Positions 49,255 to 53,175 of a DNA stretch of 53,175 nt are shown one piece after another (the first letter of the stretch is position 1; each line of letters begins with the position of its first letter). A model generated the notes under the pieces. The model worked only from the letters and a program-made list of their open reading frames with translations. It was not told the DNA's origin and made no database searches. The DNA lies in NCBI GenBank assembly GCA_964601165.1, contig CAZRMK010000002.1, forward strand, positions 1-53,175, given 5' to 3'. The translations under genes were made by a program, and so were the position numbers. The stretch is from an uncultured Piscirickettsiaceae bacterium (GTDB lineage Bacteria; Pseudomonadota; Gammaproteobacteria; Thiomicrospirales; Thiomicrospiraceae).

Positions 49255-51171
49255 GTGTATTCTATCTCTCAAAAACAACAAGTTCACGACATATTAGCTG
49301 TTGATGGTAAGCTGTCTAAAATTATTGATGGTTATGAGTCTAGAACTTCACAAATGGCATTTGCTGAGGCTATGGTTGAGGTTATAAAAGGCGAAGAAAC
49401 ATTCTTTGCTGAAGCAGGCACAGGAACTGGAAAAACTTTTGCTTATTTAGTGCCGGCATTGCTGTCAGGTAAAACGCTGTTGGTTTCTACTGCGACTAAA
49501 AATTTACAAGAGCAACTGGTGGAGAAAGATTTACCCTTGTTGTTAAAGGTGTTGCCAATAAAGGGCACGGTTAAGCTGTTAAAAGGGCGTGATAATTATT
49601 TATGTTTACAGCGTTTAGAAATAGCTGAAACTGCCGAAGCTAATACTAAAGCAGTTTGGAAAAAATTAAGTAAAATTCGAGAATGGTCAGAAAAAACTCT
49701 CACTGGAGATAAGTCAGAACTCTCGGAGCTAGATGAAAATGATCCTATTTGGTATCGAGTATGCTCAAGAATGGAATTTTGTCAGTCGGCAGATTGCAGC
49801 TCTGAAACTGGATGTTTTTATCCAAAAGCGAAGCAACAAGCCAGTGAAGCACGAGTATTAGTGGTTAACCATCATTTGTTTTGTGCAGACTTAGCTTTGA
49901 GGGAAAAGGGATTTGGAGAAATTTTACCAGAAGCCGAAATAACTATTTTCGATGAGGCTCATAAGTTGCCAGATATTGCTGCACAGTTTTTAGGATTTAG
50001 TTTGAGTCGTAATCAATTAGATGAACTAGCTCGTGATATTAAGAATGCACAAAAAATTGATTCGCCAGAGTCTCAGGAGTTAACAGATCAAGCTAAATTA
50101 TTAGAAGACTCCATTGTAGTATTTTCTGAAACTTTAGGTAAATGGGAAAAACGCTGGACTTGGAGTGATTTTTCGAGCAGTTTGGTGGCAAATAAGATCA
50201 TTAAAAAAGTTTTGCATCAATTGACACAACTAGGAGAATCTTTAAAGCTCTTAACTGAGCGTGGTAAGTTGATAAGCTCTGTTTATAAACGTTGTCGTGA
50301 GATTGAAAAGCAATTAGCATATTGGTTAGAAGAAGAGAGTGAACAGCAAATTCGCTGGTTAGAGTCTTCACAAGGTCGTTTTAAATTGAACTTGACTCCT
50401 TTAAGCGTTGCTGTCCCTTTTAGCCGTCAACGAGAGGAAATTGGAGGGGCATGGGTTTTTACTTCTGCAACTCTAAGTGTTAACGGTAAGTTTGATTATT
50501 TTGCCAATCGACTTGGTTTAGAAGATATTAAAACCCAGCAGTGGGAAAGCCCTTTTGATTATAAAAAACAAGGCGTTATTTATCATCCTGTTGGTTTGCC
50601 GCAACCTCGTGATGCAAATTATATTAAAATCTGTTTGCGAGCCATTTGGCCATTGTTAGTAAAATCTGAAGGCAGAGCTTTTTTATTATTTACCAGTCAT
50701 CGTGCCTTACAAGAGGCTAGAAATATTTTACATGCTCACTGGGATGGCTGTTTATTAACGCAAGGTGAAATGCCCAAAAGTGCTTTGTTGCATAAATTTA
50801 AAGTGACTAAAAAAGCTATATTGTTAGGTAGTAGTAGTTTTTGGGAAGGAGTTGATGTTAAAGGCGATTCATTAAAGATTGTGATGATTGACCGTATTCC
50901 TTTTGTTCCACCAGATGATCCAATAGTGCAAGCCAGAGAGGCATATTTAAAAGAACAGGGCTTACATGGTTTTGTTAATTTTCAGTTGCCTGAAGCAGTG
51001 ATTGCGATGAAGCAGGGTGCAGGAAGGTTAATACGGGATACGCAAGATAGGGGGGTGCTGGTATTGTGTGATCCAAGGTTGTCACAAAAGCCTTATGGCA
51101 GAGTAATTGCTAATAGCTTGCCTGATTTTCCTTGGGTATATAAGGCCGAAGAAGCATTAGAAAAGCTTTAG
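49255..51171 (+). CDS. yoaA: ATP-dependent DNA helicase, DinG/YoaA family
   Basis: EAGTGTGKT, KGRDNYLC, Fe-S cysteines, DEAH, FWEGVDV, QGAGRLIR. Confidence 0.92.
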   Translation: MYSISQKQQVHDILAVDGKLSKIIDGYESRTSQMAFAEAMVEVIKGEETFFAEAGTGTGKTFAYLVPALLSGKTLLVSTATKNLQEQLVEKDLPLLLKVLPIKGTVKLLKGRDNYLCLQRLEIAETAEANTKAVWKKLSKIREWSEKTLTGDKSELSELDENDPIWYRVCSRMEFCQSADCSSETGCFYPKAKQQASEARVLVVNHHLFCADLALREKGFGEILPEAEITIFDEAHKLPDIAAQFLGFSLSRNQLDELARDIKNAQKIDSPESQELTDQAKLLEDSIVVFSETLGKWEKRWTWSDFSSSLVANKIIKKVLHQLTQLGESLKLLTERGKLISSVYKRCREIEKQLAYWLEEESEQQIRWLESSQGRFKLNLTPLSVAVPFSRQREEIGGAWVFTSATLSVNGKFDYFANRLGLEDIKTQQWESPFDYKKQGVIYHPVGLPQPRDANYIKICLRAIWPLLVKSEGRAFLLFTSHRALQEARNILHAHWDGCLLTQGEMPKSALLHKFKVTKKAILLGSSSFWEGVDVKGDSLKIVMIDRIPFVPPDDPIVQAREAYLKEQGLHGFVNFQLPEAVIAMKQGAGRLIRDTQDRGVLVLCDPRLSQKPYGRVIANSLPDFPWVYKAEEALEKL

Positions 51172-51181
51172 CAGGATTTAT

Positions 51182-51637
51182 TTACTGCATTACAAACTTG
51201 GTGATAAATACATCTTTGAGTAGGTTAGGGTAGATATTGTGTTCTTCTAATACCTCACGAGCCATTTTAAGAATTTCATCTCGCATAAGATCAGGGCCAT
51301 CAGGGGTTTTTAAGCTACTGTAAGTTTTTTCGCGCAATAATCTGTCTAGGTTGTTTTTAAGAATAGGGCGTAATTTTTCCATCCAGCCTTCTTGCCCTAC
51401 GACATCTTGATGAAACGACATGAACTTTAAATCAACAGATAAAAATCTAGCTTGTCCTTCTCCTCTAAAGTTAACCACGTTTTTTACCATAGCAAAATAT
51501 ATAGGTGGGGTTCCTACGTCTGGTGCAGAAAACTGTTTAAATTGAGGCGGAATGACGTTTTCTTCATTAGATAAAGCTGGAGTACTTATTGAAAAAATAA
51601 GTATAAGTAGAAAAAAAAGGGGAATGGTTTTTAGCAT
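51182..51637 (-). CDS. fliL: Flagellar basal body-associated FliL-family protein
   Basis: VVNF...RFLSVDL, LKTPDG, C-terminal DVFITKFVMQ. Confidence 0.85.
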   Translation of the reverse strand: MLKTIPLFFLLILIFSISTPALSNEENVIPPQFKQFSAPDVGTPPIYFAMVKNVVNFRGEGQARFLSVDLKFMSFHQDVVGQEGWMEKLRPILKNNLDRLLREKTYSSLKTPDGPDLMRDEILKMAREVLEEHNIYPNLLKDVFITKFVMQ

Positions 51638-51677
51638 GAGGCATCCTTATAACTTCACATTTAAATTTGTATATATA

Positions 51678-51837
51678 GAGACCTTTGCATGAGATTATTC
51701 ACGGATTAAAATGGCTATAATTTCGCATCTTTCAGTCAAAAAAACGCTCAATAGCTAGCTATTAAGCTTGTTTTTTGACTAAAACCTGCAAAATTCTATC
51801 TTATTTTACTCTCGCGACTAACTCGTGCAAAGGTCTC
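51678..51837 (-). mobile_element. MITE family D (160 bp), divergent copy in reverse orientation
   Basis: GAGACCTTTGCATGAG...CTCGTGCAAAGGTCTC; central AATAGCTAGCTATT; flanks ATATA/ATAGA. Confidence 0.9.
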
Positions 51838-51848
51838 ATAGATTATAC

Positions 51849-51889
51849 AAAAAAGCCTCGTTAATGCGGAAGATTAACAAGGCTTTTTT
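51849..51889. terminator. Intrinsic terminator downstream of infA (bidirectional form)
   Basis: AAAAAAGCCTCGTTAAT...ATTAACAAGGCTTTTTT. Confidence 0.75.
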
Positions 51890-51908
51890 ATGATAAAGCG
51901 AACTGATA

Positions 51909-51940
51909 CCTAAATCCTGCAAGCACTTGCAGAATTTAGG
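51909..51940. repeat. MITE family A, 32-bp minimal form
   Basis: CCTAAATCCTGCAAGCACTTGCAGAATTTAGG; exact 5-bp TSD TGATA. Confidence 0.9.
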
Positions 51941-51952
51941 TGATACTAAAGG

Positions 51953-52171
51953 CTATTTACCACGGTAGGTAATTCGACCTTTGGTTAGGTCATAAGGTGT
52001 TAATTCTACCTTTACTTGATCTCCTGCAAGAATACGAATATAATTTTTACGCATGCGTCCAGAAATATGGGCTAAAATTTCATGGCCGTTTTCTAAACGA
52101 ACTTTGAACATGGTGTTAGGTAGGGTGTCGATGACTTCGCCATCAAATTCAATAACATCTTGTTTAGACAT
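51953..52171 (-). CDS. infA: Translation initiation factor IF-1
   Basis: [36 protein letters not shown]. Confidence 0.99.
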   Translation of the reverse strand: MSKQDVIEFDGEVIDTLPNTMFKVRLENGHEILAHISGRMRKNYIRILAGDQVKVELTPYDLTKGRITYRGK

Positions 52172-52262
52172 AAGTGGTTGCCTTTAGCACCTCATAAAAT
52201 AAAAAAAGGATTATACCAGTAATTTTTAATAAGTCTAGATTTAAGGTAAATTAATTGGTTTG

Positions 52263-52281
52263 ATTGATATTTATTTGCATT
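52263..52281. promoter_or_regulatory. Candidate Fur box
   Basis: TGATATT-T-ATTTGCA vs TGATAAT-N-ATTATCA (11/14), upstream of a heme-utilisation-family gene. Confidence 0.5.
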
Positions 52282-52389
52282 TAACTAGGTGGAATAGGTA
52301 GAATTGAAAGGTTAAAATTTTATGAGACACTTTTATTTAGTTTTATGCTGAAAGTTTTTCTATAAAAATTATTCAAAACGGAGAAAATC

Positions 52390-52977
52390 ATGTCTGATAA
52401 AAAACAGTTAGAAACGCCTTTTATTCCCCTTATTTCAGAGGAGAAGGTTTTAAAGGAATTTCACGAGTTTAATCGTTCTCATAGTAGCGTTGTGTTAGGA
52501 ACAGTTAACAAAGATGGTAATGCGGATACTAGCTATGCTCCGGTTTTACAAAAAGATAATCTATTTTATGTTTATATTTCTGAGCTGGCGGTACATACGC
52601 CAAATTTGTTAAACCATTTAAATGTGAGTTTATTATTTATTGAGCCAGAAGAAAAAGCCAGAAATCTATTTAAACGTAAACGTAGCACTATTCGTGCAGC
52701 CGCTAAAGTTATTGTTCGTGATTCAGATAAGTTTAATGAAATTATGGTTGACTATGCTGAGAACTTTGGCAAAATTATGCGGAATTTAAGCGTGTCAAAA
52801 GATTTTCATCTATTTGAACTTACACCTGAAAAGGCTACTTTTGTTAGGGGGTTTGGCATGGCTTATAAAATTAATGGTGCAGAATTAGATCAAATTCAAC
52901 ACTTGGGTGATCGTGGGCATGGTCAATCTAAATTGAATGATGATGGGACTGAAAAAAAATCGGCATTGTTAATTTAG
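52390..52977 (+). CDS. HugZ/HutZ-family heme utilisation protein (split-barrel, PNPOx-like); last codons supplied by an IS end
   Basis: LGTVNKDG...SYAP, YVYISELAVHTPNL, FVRGFGMAY, GHG. Confidence 0.85.
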   Translation: MSDKKQLETPFIPLISEEKVLKEFHEFNRSHSSVVLGTVNKDGNADTSYAPVLQKDNLFYVYISELAVHTPNLLNHLNVSLLFIEPEEKARNLFKRKRSTIRAAAKVIVRDSDKFNEIMVDYAENFGKIMRNLSVSKDFHLFELTPEKATFVRGFGMAYKINGAELDQIQHLGDRGHGQSKLNDDGTEKKSALLI

Positions 52978-53175
52978 CATATCTGTTAAATATTTCAGTC
53001 CTTCGTTGCGTTTTGCCATAAGCATTAAGATAGAATGTTTGAGCATTTTTTCAGACTTGCTATAGCACTTTGTTTTTCATCTTAGTAGTGCAAGAAAGTG
53101 ACGAAACAAGCTATTGTAAGCTTCGACAGTAAATGTTTCTGCTTTTGATTGTATGTGCTTTTCAGGAGGCACAAA
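52962..53175 (-). mobile_element. IS1-family element: right end and inactivated transposase 3' part
   Basis: Minus strand HIQSKAETFTVEAYNSLFRHFLALLR*KTKCYSKSEKML; TGA at 53077-53079; terminal GGCATTGTTAA. Confidence 0.85.

Noticed and set aside
1853-51940. Family A repeats as a CRISPR array or as integron attC/VCR sites
   Set aside because: They are dispersed rather than regularly spaced, have no spacers, lack RYYYAAC/GTTRRRY ends, flank housekeeping genes, and no cas or intI gene is present

Overview
Low-GC gammaproteobacterial chromosome segment. A Thiomicrospira/Thiomicrorhabdus-like origin is my inference from protein style and is not verified. The window is mostly core genes, in order: two tandem znuA-like zinc-binding proteins and a degenerate CobW-like gene; sufBCDS; a partial dcw cluster (murC-ddl-ftsQ-ftsA-lpxC, with no ftsZ); DUF721/dciA, secA, argJ, a mutT-ThiE-like fusion, coaE and fabI; a frameshifted TAXI-TRAP binding protein; a peptide-type ABC transporter; glnD and map; the rpsB-tsf-pyrH-frr-uppS-cdsA-rseP-bamA-skp-lpxD-fabZ-lpxA-lpxB-rnhB cluster (no dxr, no dnaE); cheV; a 41-aa type-B L36 missed by the ORF track; yoaA, fliL, infA and a HugZ-family gene. 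The most unusual content is intergenic: at least 17 non-autonomous inverted-repeat elements in five terminal-repeat families (A-E). Most full-length copies are 154-162 bp hairpins showing compensatory base changes. Families A, B and C carry symmetric IHF-consensus boxes 32-34 bp from each end. One element nests a REP doublet inside IS66-like ends. There are also fragments resembling ISL3, IS256, IS4, IS3 and IS1 elements, and pseudogenes of hsdS, mscS and the TAXI protein. No rRNA, tRNA or CRISPR array was seen. IS family assignments come from remembered end motifs and need database confirmation.
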